A stretch of DNA of 64,000 bases from Candidatus Komeilibacteria bacterium. GTDB lineage: Bacteria; Patescibacteriota; Patescibacteriia; UBA1558. The notes under the pieces were generated by a model. That model was not told the origin of the DNA, ran no database searches, and was given only the letters and a program-made list of their open reading frames with translations. How positions within the stretch are numbered: the stretch's first letter is position 1; each line of letters starts with the position of its first letter. A program made the translations under genes and the position numbers. This document shows positions 36,691 to 46,629 of this stretch, in pieces. Location: NCBI GenBank assembly GCA_048538275.1, contig JBLYPW010000001.1:113248-177247 (forward strand), written 5' to 3'.

Positions 36691-37359
36691 TCATTTGTCT
36701 TTTATTGGTATTAGCCCAGTATTATCATTGGAATATTCTTTATTGTATTGGCGATAATATGGGAATTCGGGATACTTGATAAAATTTACCGCTTCATGAG
36801 TGTTGTAGCAGTTGGCTTTTTGTTTATTAAATAAAAAGAACCGTCTTTTAACTGCTCGTCTACGCAGGTTATCATCTTTTAAATCTTGCAGTTCAAAATA
36901 AGAGACCATAAAAAGCTTATTAAAGAGATTTCTTACTTCGGCAAAGTGTTGCCCTAGATCTCTTATTCTTTTATCTATGTTTGAAGTATGCTGAACACCA
37001 GCCCAAATATCTAAAGGGATGATTTGCCCTTTATCATTTTTTTTAACATCATGCCTATGAGCTGAGAATTTTTGTTTAGCAGACGGTGGCATTTCTTGCC
37101 ATTCCCGAGAGTCAAAATATCCTTGGGCTTCATCAATAAATATTTGTCCGCCTTTTATGTGTAGGAGTTCTGGTATTTCAGACCAAAAGAATACCTTACC
37201 TAGTGTTTCTTTTTTTATCTTTTTCTTTTCTATATATGCTGAAAAATCTAGTTTCCAATTAGCATAAACATCATAGCCTTTTAAAAACATAGAAAGCGCC
37301 TGATAAGTCATATACAGAGTTTTACCAGCCCCGGGTTTGCCTGTAATAATAGTAATCAT
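36691..37359 (-). CDS. Zot-like P-loop NTPase (inovirus pI assembly ATPase-like)
   Basis: N-terminal Walker A MITIITGKPGAGKT; Walker B IFIDEAQ; Zot-family arrangement. Confidence 0.65.
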   Translation of the reverse strand: MITIITGKPGAGKTLYMTYQALSMFLKGYDVYANWKLDFSAYIEKKKIKKETLGKVFFWSEIPELLHIKGGQIFIDEAQGYFDSREWQEMPPSAKQKFSAHRHDVKKNDKGQIIPLDIWAGVQHTSNIDKRIRDLGQHFAEVRNLFNKLFMVSYFELQDLKDDNLRRRAVKRRFFLFNKQKANCYNTHEAVNFIKYPEFPYYRQYNKEYSNDNTGLIPIKDK

Positions 37360-37361
37360 AA

Positions 37362-37604
37362 TTATCTAATTAGAGTGGCTAGCTTCATAATCAGGGTAAT
37401 AATAAGTAGGGTCATTTCAATAATAAAGACAGCTAGTAGTATTTTAAAAAGCGTAACCACAGGAAAGATTAAATCTATCTTGGCAATAGTTGGAGTAATT
37501 ACAGCAAAAGCATTATTAACAGCAGTTAAAATACTGCTATCGGTATTTGCTTCAGGAAGTAGGTTAAATATTTTTATTAAGATTGTTTCTAAAGTATCAA
37601 GCAT
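37362..37604 (-). CDS. small hydrophobic protein (pVI-like minor coat, putative)
   Basis: 80 aa made of two or three TM helices, lying between the pIII-like and Zot-like genes. Confidence 0.35.
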   Translation of the reverse strand: MLDTLETILIKIFNLLPEANTDSSILTAVNNAFAVITPTIAKIDLIFPVVTLFKILLAVFIIEMTLLIITLIMKLATLIR

Positions 37605-37609
37605 ATTAT

Positions 37610-39280
37610 TTATTCATTATCGCTAAATAAATGAGTAATGCGAAAGATTACATACATAGCAAAGATCAGCCATAAGATAGCTACCACATAAGGTCTTATG
37701 GACTGCGTAAAGGAAATAACTCTTTCATCATCAAAGGAGAAAACAGGGACATCAAGATCATACTCGCCATTATCTGAAACAGACTTAAAAGTTATGTTTA
37801 AAGCGTCAGGCGAGGCTTGACCAAAGTCATAATTAAACAAGTTAGTAAAGCCGTCGTAAAAAGCAAAGTAATAGGCAAAAACCACCTTTGTTTTTAAAGT
37901 ATTTACGAGTCTTGGAAAGAAATAGCCGTCGCTTTCACTGTAGATAAAGTCTAAATCTGAGACACGAACAGAAAAGGGATATTGTCTTTTTACAACAGAA
38001 TCATCAAGAAGTTGCACAATATAATGATAACGAGTACTAGAGGCTTCTAAATTAACAGTGTGATTACTTGTATCTGTCATATTAGATAAATTTTCAGTGT
38101 AATAGTTTTCATCAAGTAAGGTTCCGTCATCAAGATATTGCTTAATGTTAAAGGTAAGAAAGGAAAGTCTGTCAGCAGGATAAGTAAAGTTAAAAGTAAC
38201 ATCTGTATTAGTTGTTCCGTTTGGTAAAAGAAGTGCTTGATCAAAGTCTGGGCTGGCAATTTCTATGTCATAACCGGAGTAATAATCCATATTCTGATAC
38301 CAAACTTCACCCTCATCATAAACAAGATCAAAGTCATGAACGCCCACCATATACATTAGGTCATCATAATTTACGCAATCAGTAGATATACTATCTATTT
38401 CACGAGCAATAATAAAATCTTGCCCACGAGCTTTGAATATCTCACCACTAAACTGGTTATCTACACAATCTATGTTATAGACAATACTATCAAAGCCAGT
38501 ACAAGAATTAGTAAGCCCAATCCTATTTACGCCATTAGTAGGACAATAACCCGATACTGTAGTTATGAAGTCAGCCAGTAAATACTCATCTTGCTCGGGA
38601 CTTGCAATGTAAAATGCAGGTAATGACGGATCACTATAAAGCATATAGTATAAATCTAGGAAGCTAGGTTCTGTTCTGGTACCAACTTGTGAAAAGGTAA
38701 ACTTTTCAATAGAACAAGAACCGCTACAACTATAGCCGACTATCTCTGGCGTAGTATTACCACCAATAGCTGAAATAGTGTAATAAGCCCCATAGTCATT
38801 TATTATAAGACCCCAATCACTATCATTTATTCCAGTAAGTAGAGATATTACTTGTGTTTGATCAAAGTAATAGGTTTTACCAATAACAGACAACTCGCCA
38901 CCATTGGCTTCATTAAACTCTATTAAGAATACAGTTGAATTAACATTATCTCGTATAGTCATGCGCCATGCAGACCCTGTGGCAGTTGTTTTAAAGTGTC
39001 CACCTAAATACCAAGTACTAGCATAACTGCTCAGATCTGCTGACGGATCATAACTAGCAGTATATACAGTTGAAGCAGTAGCCCAGTTATGTAAGTATTT
39101 ATCACTGCCATTTTCTACAATCAAGGCGCCATTTGAACTTGTCCAATTATTTTGGTTATTTACATTACCGGTTATATAATCTGCAAAGTCTGTATTAAAT
39201 GGATCGTGAACAGCCTGAGCATTTGGGATAAAGATAAAGAAAGCAAGACAAAGAAATATTGTTAAGTATAGTTTTTTCAT
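37610..39280 (-). CDS. pIII-like adsorption/minor coat protein (signal peptide, large exposed domain, C-terminal membrane anchor)
   Basis: N-terminal signal MKKLYLTIFLCLAFFIFIPNAQA; C-terminal TM VVAILWLIFAMYVIFRI; located directly downstream of the major coat gene. Confidence 0.45.
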   Translation of the reverse strand: MKKLYLTIFLCLAFFIFIPNAQAVHDPFNTDFADYITGNVNNQNNWTSSNGALIVENGSDKYLHNWATASTVYTASYDPSADLSSYASTWYLGGHFKTTATGSAWRMTIRDNVNSTVFLIEFNEANGGELSVIGKTYYFDQTQVISLLTGINDSDWGLIINDYGAYYTISAIGGNTTPEIVGYSCSGSCSIEKFTFSQVGTRTEPSFLDLYYMLYSDPSLPAFYIASPEQDEYLLADFITTVSGYCPTNGVNRIGLTNSCTGFDSIVYNIDCVDNQFSGEIFKARGQDFIIAREIDSISTDCVNYDDLMYMVGVHDFDLVYDEGEVWYQNMDYYSGYDIEIASPDFDQALLLPNGTTNTDVTFNFTYPADRLSFLTFNIKQYLDDGTLLDENYYTENLSNMTDTSNHTVNLEASSTRYHYIVQLLDDSVVKRQYPFSVRVSDLDFIYSESDGYFFPRLVNTLKTKVVFAYYFAFYDGFTNLFNYDFGQASPDALNITFKSVSDNGEYDLDVPVFSFDDERVISFTQSIRPYVVAILWLIFAMYVIFRITHLFSDNE

Positions 39281-39342
39281 TGTAGTTTTTATTTAATGCA
39301 AGTTAAGGGGCTAAAAGAAATAGCCCCTTTTCCTGCAATATG

Positions 39343-39616
39343 CTATCTCATGAAGCGTCGCGTTAAGCGCCACACAAAGCCGATAGAAAAGATGATCACA
39401 CCAACAATAACAATGTTTACGATATTGGCAGTTATTACACCGACAATATTTTCTTTCATTGTATCTACCACACTAGCGGTAGTTGCTGCGACATCTGTAT
39501 CGACTACGGCGAAAGCACTTGAGCCAAGTGCTAGTCCACTGGCAACAGCCAAGGACAAGGCAGTTAGCCTAGCATTGCTTTTTGAGAGAAAGCCTTTAAG
39601 TTTGGTCAACATAGTC
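39343..39616 (-). CDS. inovirus major coat protein (pVIII-like)
   Basis: From the internal Met: signal MLTKLKGFLSKSNARLTALSLAVASGLALGSSAFA, an amphipathic acidic segment, a TM helix IVGVITANIVNIVIVGVIIFSIGFV, and a basic tail WRLTRRFMR. The 39675 start in the ORF track is unlikely. Confidence 0.55.
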
Positions 39617-39622
39617 TCTTTT

Positions 39623-40042
39623 TTAAGAATTAAGTTTTTTAACGAATAACAATAGCACGCCGACCATTGTTCCAATTACCAAACCAAGTACAATCGCTTT
39701 AGCAAAGACAATGGCAATAATTAAGAAATTGTCTAAGTAGCACGAATTGTTTAGTAAGATGTAATCTGAACACATACTATTTGCCCGACATTATTGTTAA
39801 AAAAATGCTCAAGACTATGTAAAGGACAAGAGGGAAAACCAGCCCTAGGCCAATTCCTGAAAATAAATTGTTTACCATTCCGGCCATATTTAGGATTTGA
39901 AAATAATTAAGATTATGATGAGTATTAGCAGTCCGAACAAAACCGCAAATGACACGGTAAGCAGTTGGCTAAAAAAGTTGATTAAATCCAACGCATTATC
40001 TGTCAATGTATAGGTATTATCTAGGGTGGTTATAAAATCCAT
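39623..40042 (-). other. three tandem tiny hydrophobic ORFs (50, 36 and 50 aa) below the ORF-track cutoff; candidate pVII/pIX-like minor coat genes
   Basis: Minus-strand ORFs at 39890-40042 (MDFITTLDNTYT...LILIIILIIFKS), 39777-39887 (MAGMVNNLFSGIGLGLVFPLVLYIVLSIFLTIMSGK) and 39623-39775 (MCSDYILLNNS...LLLFVKKLNS). Each has one TM helix. Confidence 0.3.
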
Positions 40043-40047
40043 TGCTT

Positions 40048-40311
40048 TTACTCTTTATTGGGGATGTAATAATCCGCAAAAGCCCTTTTTCTTTTCTTGT
40101 CCTGAATGTAATAAGGGAATATTTCTACATCAAGGGTAATAAGATCGCCTTGTTTACCGATTTTAAGATTCATATCCCGAATATTTACTTTCACGGGATA
40201 TAGACTATTCTCGGGTTCTATATACACAAGACGACTTTGGCCTTGAGTTCCGTCTTTACGAGTAAAGTCCCTTATTTCCTCTCTTTTAATTTTGCCTGTA
40301 AGTTTAAACAT
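40048..40311 (-). CDS. small basic protein, possible ssDNA-binding protein (gV-like) of the filamentous phage
   Basis: 87 aa, which is the size of gV, and a position at the element edge. No motif proof. Confidence 0.3.
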   Translation of the reverse strand: MFKLTGKIKREEIRDFTRKDGTQGQSRLVYIEPENSLYPVKVNIRDMNLKIGKQGDLITLDVEIFPYYIQDKKRKRAFADYYIPNKE

Positions 40312-40324
40312 AAGTTTTGGCTTT

Positions 40325-40351
40325 TTAATTGATTTAAGTTCGCAATCGACC
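40325..40351 (+). repeat. degenerate tRNA-Asn 3'-end-like sequence; candidate distal att site of the prophage
   Basis: ttaattgatttaagttcgcaatcgacc resembles ttaatcaattggtcgtcggttcgaatccgacc of tRNA-Asn, in the same orientation, just beyond the last phage-like gene. Confidence 0.3.
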
Positions 40352-40428
40352 TTTTAATATTTTGCGATTATGTTTCTAGCTTAAACTAACAAAGTTCTGA
40401 AAAGTTCTGTAAACTTTTTTCAGAATAT

Positions 40429-40453
40429 TAAAAAAGCCCCGTGTTAAGGGGCT
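40429..40453 (-). terminator. rho-independent terminator
   Basis: Stem agcccc/ggggct with loop gtgttaa, followed on the minus strand by a T6 run. Confidence 0.5.
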
Positions 40454-40555
40454 TTAAGGGTATTATTTTTCAGAATTTTATCTTATTTTATTAACATTAA
40501 TTTTTTTTATGTAATTATTTAAATCGAATTTTTTAATTAAAAACATATTTCTATT

Positions 40556-41080
40556 TTAATTGTAGCTGTCAATTATTCCATCAATACCATCAAAATAAAA
40601 ACATGAGGGCGTCTTGTTGCTATAACACGCTTGATATTCATCACCAGACCCATAATTAGATTTATTTAAGGAGTTTGGTTCACCCATAATTTCTTTTAAC
40701 ATATCAAATGTCATTCCAATCCAGATTTTATCTTTTACAATTTTTTCACAGTCATCTTTAAGCCATTCAGTGTTTTTTTGACAAATTTTACCCGCTTCAG
40801 TATTATCATACCATTCCAAACCCTCGGTCGTTTTAAGCCATTTTAAATATTCTGCTTCCTTTTCCTGGCGTTCAACAAATTCATTATAACCACTGACGTT
40901 AAAAAGGACATTGTAAGTACCCCACCCAATTAGTCCAATAATAATTAAAACAACCCAAACGCTTGCAGGCGTTTTTTTCTTCGGTTCTTTTTTTTCTTGC
41001 TTGTTTAAAAATTCTCCGCAATATTTACACTTAATAGCATTATCATTTATTTCTTCAGCGCAATAGGGACATTTTTTCAT
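40556..41080 (-). CDS. zinc-ribbon membrane protein with extracytoplasmic domain, hypothetical
   Basis: N-terminal CPYC...CKYCG, a single TM, and a Cys-containing C-terminal domain. Confidence 0.4.
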   Translation of the reverse strand: MKKCPYCAEEINDNAIKCKYCGEFLNKQEKKEPKKKTPASVWVVLIIIGLIGWGTYNVLFNVSGYNEFVERQEKEAEYLKWLKTTEGLEWYDNTEAGKICQKNTEWLKDDCEKIVKDKIWIGMTFDMLKEIMGEPNSLNKSNYGSGDEYQACYSNKTPSCFYFDGIDGIIDSYN

Positions 41081-41117
41081 ATATTTATTGATTAATATCT
41101 GGGTTTTTATAAAAGTT

Positions 41118-41540
41118 TCAAGCTAGTTTTTTTAGACGCCTCATTATTTTGCCCATATCTTCAATATCAGCTTTGTTTAGTATTGCGCCATCTTCATACA
41201 ATGTATGTATTAATTTGGCTATTAATTCTTCCAGTTCTCCATCTACGTAAAACAATATGTCTCCTAAGTCTTTTTTTATATCAATTTCACTTTCAGCAAA
41301 ATAACGACTTGCCATTATTCCTGAATTTTTAAATAAATCTTCTGGAAACATACCTTCATTTGCCATTATTTTTCCCATGGCTATATATAATTGTTTATAT
41401 ACTCTTCTGAAAATTACTAATTTCGTTTCAAATATTTTTAACTTTTTACTTATATAATATTGAAAAATCATTCCGATGAGCACGCCAACAATAGAGCCAA
41501 TTCCAAGTTGTATAAAAAAGGCAGTAATTGTTTCTAGCAT
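41118..41540 (-). CDS. hypothetical membrane protein
   Basis: 140-aa ORF with an N-terminal TM helix (FIQLGIGSIVGVLIGMIF); no motif I recognise. Confidence 0.35.
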   Translation of the reverse strand: MLETITAFFIQLGIGSIVGVLIGMIFQYYISKKLKIFETKLVIFRRVYKQLYIAMGKIMANEGMFPEDLFKNSGIMASRYFAESEIDIKKDLGDILFYVDGELEELIAKLIHTLYEDGAILNKADIEDMGKIMRRLKKLA

Positions 41541-41595
41541 ATATTTATTGATTAATAAACTTATTTGCTTTAATCATATATAAAAATTGATGTTT

Positions 41596-42402
41596 TTATA
41601 GGTATTTTTTATTTAATTTTATTTTACCCTTTATACCGGTATTATATTTCAGAAAACTTTTTATGTCTATAATTTGTTGTATCTTGGTATTTATCTCATT
41701 ACAAGTATTGTGGTATTTTTTCCAGTTGTTTTTATCTTTGGTATATTCAAGGTCAGCAAATTCATCCTCAGCTATTTCAGCATAATAAAAGTCATCTTTC
41801 AGATTATCTTTATTGGTTATAAAGATATATTTAAGTATTTTATGAGCATTGGTAATTTTATTTTGTTTGCTAATAGGTACTTTTTTACCTTTGATATATA
41901 AAATGCTTTTAATTTCATCAAAATAGGTTTTCTCATCTTTATCGTTTGAAGTAATAAAGACTTTTTGATCAAGCTGGTCAAATACTTCACTATTTACCAC
42001 CTTAAAAGAAAGTTCAAGCATTTGTTTAGAATATGGTTTTGAGAAAAGTTTACGAAGCGAGTCAAATTCTTGCTTTTCTTTAAGACAGCAAGCTTTTACC
42101 TTTTTCATCTTGCCATGGATTATTTCAAGGTTTTTGTAATATATCCAAAACTCACTAGAAAAGAGAGCTTGTCCCTCAACATCTAGGAATTTATCCTCAT
42201 CAAGCAGTTCATCGGGTTTACCTATGAATTTAGCAGTGCTATCAAAAATATCTTGTAAAATATCTTTAATTAAGGGGTCTGAGTTTAAAAAACGAATATA
42301 CTTATACACAATAACAAAACGCTGAAAAATGTTTGTCTCAATCGAAAAAAGACGAGCAAACTCGTTCATCTTTTCTTTGATATTTCGAGCATGATTCATC
42401 AT
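41596..42402 (-). CDS. hypothetical protein (accessory island)
   Basis: 268 aa; no recognisable motifs; very AT-rich. Confidence 0.4.
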   Translation of the reverse strand: MMNHARNIKEKMNEFARLFSIETNIFQRFVIVYKYIRFLNSDPLIKDILQDIFDSTAKFIGKPDELLDEDKFLDVEGQALFSSEFWIYYKNLEIIHGKMKKVKACCLKEKQEFDSLRKLFSKPYSKQMLELSFKVVNSEVFDQLDQKVFITSNDKDEKTYFDEIKSILYIKGKKVPISKQNKITNAHKILKYIFITNKDNLKDDFYYAEIAEDEFADLEYTKDKNNWKKYHNTCNEINTKIQQIIDIKSFLKYNTGIKGKIKLNKKYL

Positions 42403-42634
42403 GATTTTGGCATGGGTCGTTTAGCATATTTCTTATCTATAAGTATAGAGGAAAATGTCTCATCTGAACAATTAGGCTATTAATAAGGAGTTTTTAAAGC
42501 ATAGCCCTTTACGGTGTGAATAAGTATTGTTTTAGCTAATTATATTTTTTGACTTTTTGGCTTATTTAAGGGATAATAAAGAGGATTTTATAATAAATAC
42601 ATTCTAACATTCAACGATAAGTTTCATATAAATT

Positions 42635-44404
42635 ATGGCAAAAAAAGATTATACAAATTGGAATAGAAAAGACTTAATCAAAGAGATTGAGCAGCTTCGC
42701 AAACGCAAAAAATATGGGCTTGTTTGGGAAAACAAACCGGAAAATGTTGTTGAGCAATGTAAAACAGAATTGCCAGTTTTGAAAGAAGTCAAAGACAAAG
42801 AAATAACTACCGACCCTGAAAAGCCAGTGAATTTATTGATTGAGGGCGACAACTATCATGCCCTTTCAGTTTTAAATTACACACACAAAGGTAAAATTGA
42901 TGTGATTTACATTGATCCGCCGTATAATACGGGAAATAAGGATTTCGTTTATAACGATCAATATGTTGATAAAGAAGATGCCTATCGACATAGTAAATGG
43001 ATCTCATTCATGGAAAAAAGACTCTCTCTCGCAAAACCATTACTGAAAACAAATGGAGCAATTTTTGTATCAATTGACGATAATGAGTACCCAAGATTAA
43101 TGATGTTAATGGAAGAAATTTTTGGAGAAAACAAACTAAAAACCGTTTGTGTGAAAATGTCAGAAGCTACTGGTGTTAAAATGGCTAGTGTAATTAAAAA
43201 TGGCAGAATCCCCAAATTAAAAGAATATTTAGTTATAGCAAAAAGAAATGGGATAAAAGATTTATATTTAGAAAAACTACCTAAAGAGCAGTGGGATAGC
43301 GAATATAAAACAATTATCCTAAATACTACAGAGAAAGAAATAAATAAAATCAAAGAAATAAGAGATGACGAGGAAAGAACCGAGGAAGATATTAATTTTT
43401 GTAATAAAAAAATAAGCAGATGGAAAACCTGCTCATTATCTGAATATTTCTCACAAAACAATATCTCAAAAAAAGAGCAGGATGATTTTAAATATAAAAA
43501 TGCGTGGAGAATACTGCAAATTGCCACACTAACAGGTGGTTCTAGAGATAAGGCTGCTGACATTAAAAATAGTTTTTCGAAAGAAGTGCCTGCTTTTTTC
43601 TGTTTAACAACACCACAAAAGAAAATGTATTTGATAAGCGGAACTTTTAATCATGAAACAAAACTTCCCCGATGCAAAGTTTTATTTGCAGATGATTATT
43701 TAACTATACACCCCGGTGATTTTTGGACAGACATAAAAACAACTGGCTTAGATAATGAGGGTGGCGTTGATTTCAGAAATGGTAAAAAGCCAATAAAATT
43801 ATTAGAAAAAGTAGTTAAAACTTACGAAAACAAAAATATTACTGTTTTAGATTTTTTTGCAGGTTCAGGAACATCTGCGGAGGCGGTCTTAAAACTAAAT
43901 AATGAAGATAAAGGAAACAGAAAGTTTATTTTATGTAGTTATAACGAAGAAAATGGAAATGGGAAAATTGTTGATGAATATTGTTATCCAAGAGTAGAAA
44001 AAGCTATCCGTGGCTATAACACCAAAAAAGGTTATGGTGGAAATCTTAAATATTACAAAACTGCTTTTGTTCCAGCCGAACCAACAGACAAAAACAAAAT
44101 TGCAATGACCGAAAAAGCAACGGAAATGCTTTGTGTAAAAGAAGATACTTTTGAAGAAGTAAAATCAACAAAGCAATATAAAATTTTTCGAAATAAGAAA
44201 CGATATACCGGGATTGTTTTCGATCATCAAGCGATAGATAATTTTAAAAAGGAAATTGTAAAAATTGACGGCAAATTCAGTCTTTATATTTTCTCGCTCG
44301 GCGATGATACTTTTGACGAGGAGTTTGAAGATATGAAGAAAAAAGTAAAATTATCACCAATACCGGAAGCGATACTACGAGTTTATCGCAGAATATTTAA
44401 ATAA
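42635..44404 (+). CDS. mod: type III restriction-modification methyltransferase (Mod; beta-class N6-adenine MTase)
   Basis: Motif IV IYIDPPYNTGNKDF lies N-terminal to motif I FFAGSGTSAEA (beta-class order). Confidence 0.8.
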   Translation: MAKKDYTNWNRKDLIKEIEQLRKRKKYGLVWENKPENVVEQCKTELPVLKEVKDKEITTDPEKPVNLLIEGDNYHALSVLNYTHKGKIDVIYIDPPYNTGNKDFVYNDQYVDKEDAYRHSKWISFMEKRLSLAKPLLKTNGAIFVSIDDNEYPRLMMLMEEIFGENKLKTVCVKMSEATGVKMASVIKNGRIPKLKEYLVIAKRNGIKDLYLEKLPKEQWDSEYKTIILNTTEKEINKIKEIRDDEERTEEDINFCNKKISRWKTCSLSEYFSQNNISKKEQDDFKYKNAWRILQIATLTGGSRDKAADIKNSFSKEVPAFFCLTTPQKKMYLISGTFNHETKLPRCKVLFADDYLTIHPGDFWTDIKTTGLDNEGGVDFRNGKKPIKLLEKVVKTYENKNITVLDFFAGSGTSAEAVLKLNNEDKGNRKFILCSYNEENGNGKIVDEYCYPRVEKAIRGYNTKKGYGGNLKYYKTAFVPAEPTDKNKIAMTEKATEMLCVKEDTFEEVKSTKQYKIFRNKKRYTGIVFDHQAIDNFKKEIVKIDGKFSLYIFSLGDDTFDEEFEDMKKKVKLSPIPEAILRVYRRIFK

Positions 44405-44415
44405 TTGGAAAAACT

Positions 44416-46629
44416 ATGCAACTAAAAGATTATCAAACTACGGCTATAAAAAAACTCCTCACCAGAAGCAAGGAATTGCTGGCACAAAGTGGCGAGAAGA
44501 AAGTTATTTTCAAAGCTCCGACTGGATCGGGCAAAACCATAATGACGGCGGAATTTTTGAAGCAACTCATTGACGACAAAGAAATCAAAACCCCCCTTTC
44601 GTTTATTTGGACTGCTCCAAGAAAATTACACACACAAAGCAAGGAAAAGCTGGAAAAGTATTATGAAGATACAAGAGCTTTGGAATGTTCCGACTTTGAA
44701 GATTTGACCGACAAACAAATTGGCGAAAATGAAATTTTGTTTTTGAATTGGGAAAGCATAAACAAAAAAGACAAAAATACAATTGTAAAAGAGAATGAGA
44801 AAGAATTTTACCTCGGCAAGATTGTTGAGAATACAAAGGAAGAAGGACGAGAAATCGTCTTGATTATTGACGAAAGTCATCACCATGCCACAAGCGAAAT
44901 CTCGCAAGATTTAATTTCAGATATCGCCCCACGACTAACGATTGAAGTTTCCGCTACTCCTGTTATTTCAAATCCAGACGAGATTGTTTCTGTGCCTTTA
45001 GAAGATGTAAAACTGGAAGGGATGATAAAAAAATCAGTTGTTCTTAATCCAAATTTTAAAAATGTTTTATCTGGCGACAGCTTAAAAACCAAGCTTGCTG
45101 ACGGAACTGATGCAATGGTGCTTGAAGAAGCACTAAAGAAACGAGAAGAAATCGCAAAAGCATACAAAGAAGCAGGAATTGATATAAACCCGCTTTTACT
45201 TATCCAGCTACCAGACCGAAAAACACAAGCGGAAGATCAAGTCAAAAATGATGTTGTGCGGATTTTGAAAGATAAATACGGAATGACAACGGAAAACGGT
45301 AGACTAGCGATTTACTTATCAGAAGAAAAAGAAAATCTTGAGAATATCGCAAAAAATAATCACGAAACTGAAGTTTTGATTTTTAAGCAAGCAATCGCCT
45401 TAGGTTGGGATTGTCCTCGCGCTCAAGTTTTGGTGCTTTTCAGAGATTGGAAAAGTCTTACATTTTCGGTCCAAACAGTCGGGCGAATTATGCGTATGCC
45501 CGAGCCAGACACAGGTCACTACAAACAAGAAATATTGAATCACGGCTTTGTGTTTACAAATCTTGCTGATATTGAAATCAAGGAAGACATGGCAAGAAGC
45601 TATGTAACGATATATACCAGCCAAAGAATTGAAAGCTACAAGCCAATCAAATTAGAATCTGTTTACCGCTTGCGACAACGAGAAAAGACTCGTTTAAGTC
45701 CGAAATTTATCAATATCTTTTTAGATGAGGCTAAAAAGTACGATCTCGAAAAGAAAATTGAAACCAAAGGACAAAAACTGGAACTGTCTTTAATTTCTGA
45801 TTACGAGGCGGAAGGCGTTGATAAATTGGCAAACGAGGAAATCAAAGGCGAAGCCAAAATCAACACTGAAAACGAAGCTGATTTACAAAAGCTATATGAC
45901 TTTTTTGTAAAGAATAATCTATCGCCTTTTTATCCCGAAGATCGCTCAATCGGCAGACTGAAAGAAGCGATTTATTACTTTTTCAGAATGCGCCTTGGCA
46001 TGGAATACACCGACCGTTTTGCTGAAATCATCAATATTGTATTAAGTCCGAAAAATAGCCAACATTTTATAAATGTTATTGATAGCACCAAAGAAAAATA
46101 TATTGCCGAAACTCAAAAACGAGAAGCAGAACTGCAAAAATCAGCTGACTGGGAATTGCCTGAAATGTTGAACTATGGCGGAAACTTTACGGAGTTTAAA
46201 ACCAAATTATCAGCAATGAAGCCGTTTTATTACGACAACAAATGGAAAACTGAAGAAGCATTTATCAAATTTCTTGAAAAATCAGATCAAATTGAATGGT
46301 GGTTTAAAAACGGCGACCGAGACGCTACATTTTTTGCCGTGCCCTATGTTGAAAATGACGAGCAAAAACCTTTTTATGTTGATTTCATTGTAAAATATAA
46401 AGACGGAAAAATTGCTTTGTTTGATACGAAAAGCGGAAACACAATCAAAGACGCACGAGAAAAAAGCGATGGTTTGCAGGAATATACAAAAAAGAACAAA
46501 AACATTACCGGTGGAATTATGGCAAACACAAATTCCAAAGATTTTTCTGGTCGCTGGATGTGCTACAAGGGACAAGGAAATGAACTTAATCCTGATGACT
46601 TTTCTAATTGGGAATTGTTGGAAGTATAA
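44416..46629 (+). CDS. res: type III restriction enzyme Res subunit (SF2 helicase + PD-(D/E)xK nuclease)
   Basis: Helicase motif I KAPTGSGKT; motif II IIDESHH; C-terminal VDFIVKYKDG...FDTK nuclease motif. Confidence 0.8.
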   Translation: MQLKDYQTTAIKKLLTRSKELLAQSGEKKVIFKAPTGSGKTIMTAEFLKQLIDDKEIKTPLSFIWTAPRKLHTQSKEKLEKYYEDTRALECSDFEDLTDKQIGENEILFLNWESINKKDKNTIVKENEKEFYLGKIVENTKEEGREIVLIIDESHHHATSEISQDLISDIAPRLTIEVSATPVISNPDEIVSVPLEDVKLEGMIKKSVVLNPNFKNVLSGDSLKTKLADGTDAMVLEEALKKREEIAKAYKEAGIDINPLLLIQLPDRKTQAEDQVKNDVVRILKDKYGMTTENGRLAIYLSEEKENLENIAKNNHETEVLIFKQAIALGWDCPRAQVLVLFRDWKSLTFSVQTVGRIMRMPEPDTGHYKQEILNHGFVFTNLADIEIKEDMARSYVTIYTSQRIESYKPIKLESVYRLRQREKTRLSPKFINIFLDEAKKYDLEKKIETKGQKLELSLISDYEAEGVDKLANEEIKGEAKINTENEADLQKLYDFFVKNNLSPFYPEDRSIGRLKEAIYYFFRMRLGMEYTDRFAEIINIVLSPKNSQHFINVIDSTKEKYIAETQKREAELQKSADWELPEMLNYGGNFTEFKTKLSAMKPFYYDNKWKTEEAFIKFLEKSDQIEWWFKNGDRDATFFAVPYVENDEQKPFYVDFIVKYKDGKIALFDTKSGNTIKDAREKSDGLQEYTKKNKNITGGIMANTNSKDFSGRWMCYKGQGNELNPDDFSNWELLEV

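Noticed and set aside
39617-39675. Long N-terminal extension of the major coat ORF (ORF-track start at 39675, MEQWSACYCYS...)
   Set aside because: The extension is Cys/Tyr-rich, has no signal-peptide logic, and overlaps the third micro-ORF. The internal Met at 39616 gives a canonical pVIII-like precursor.
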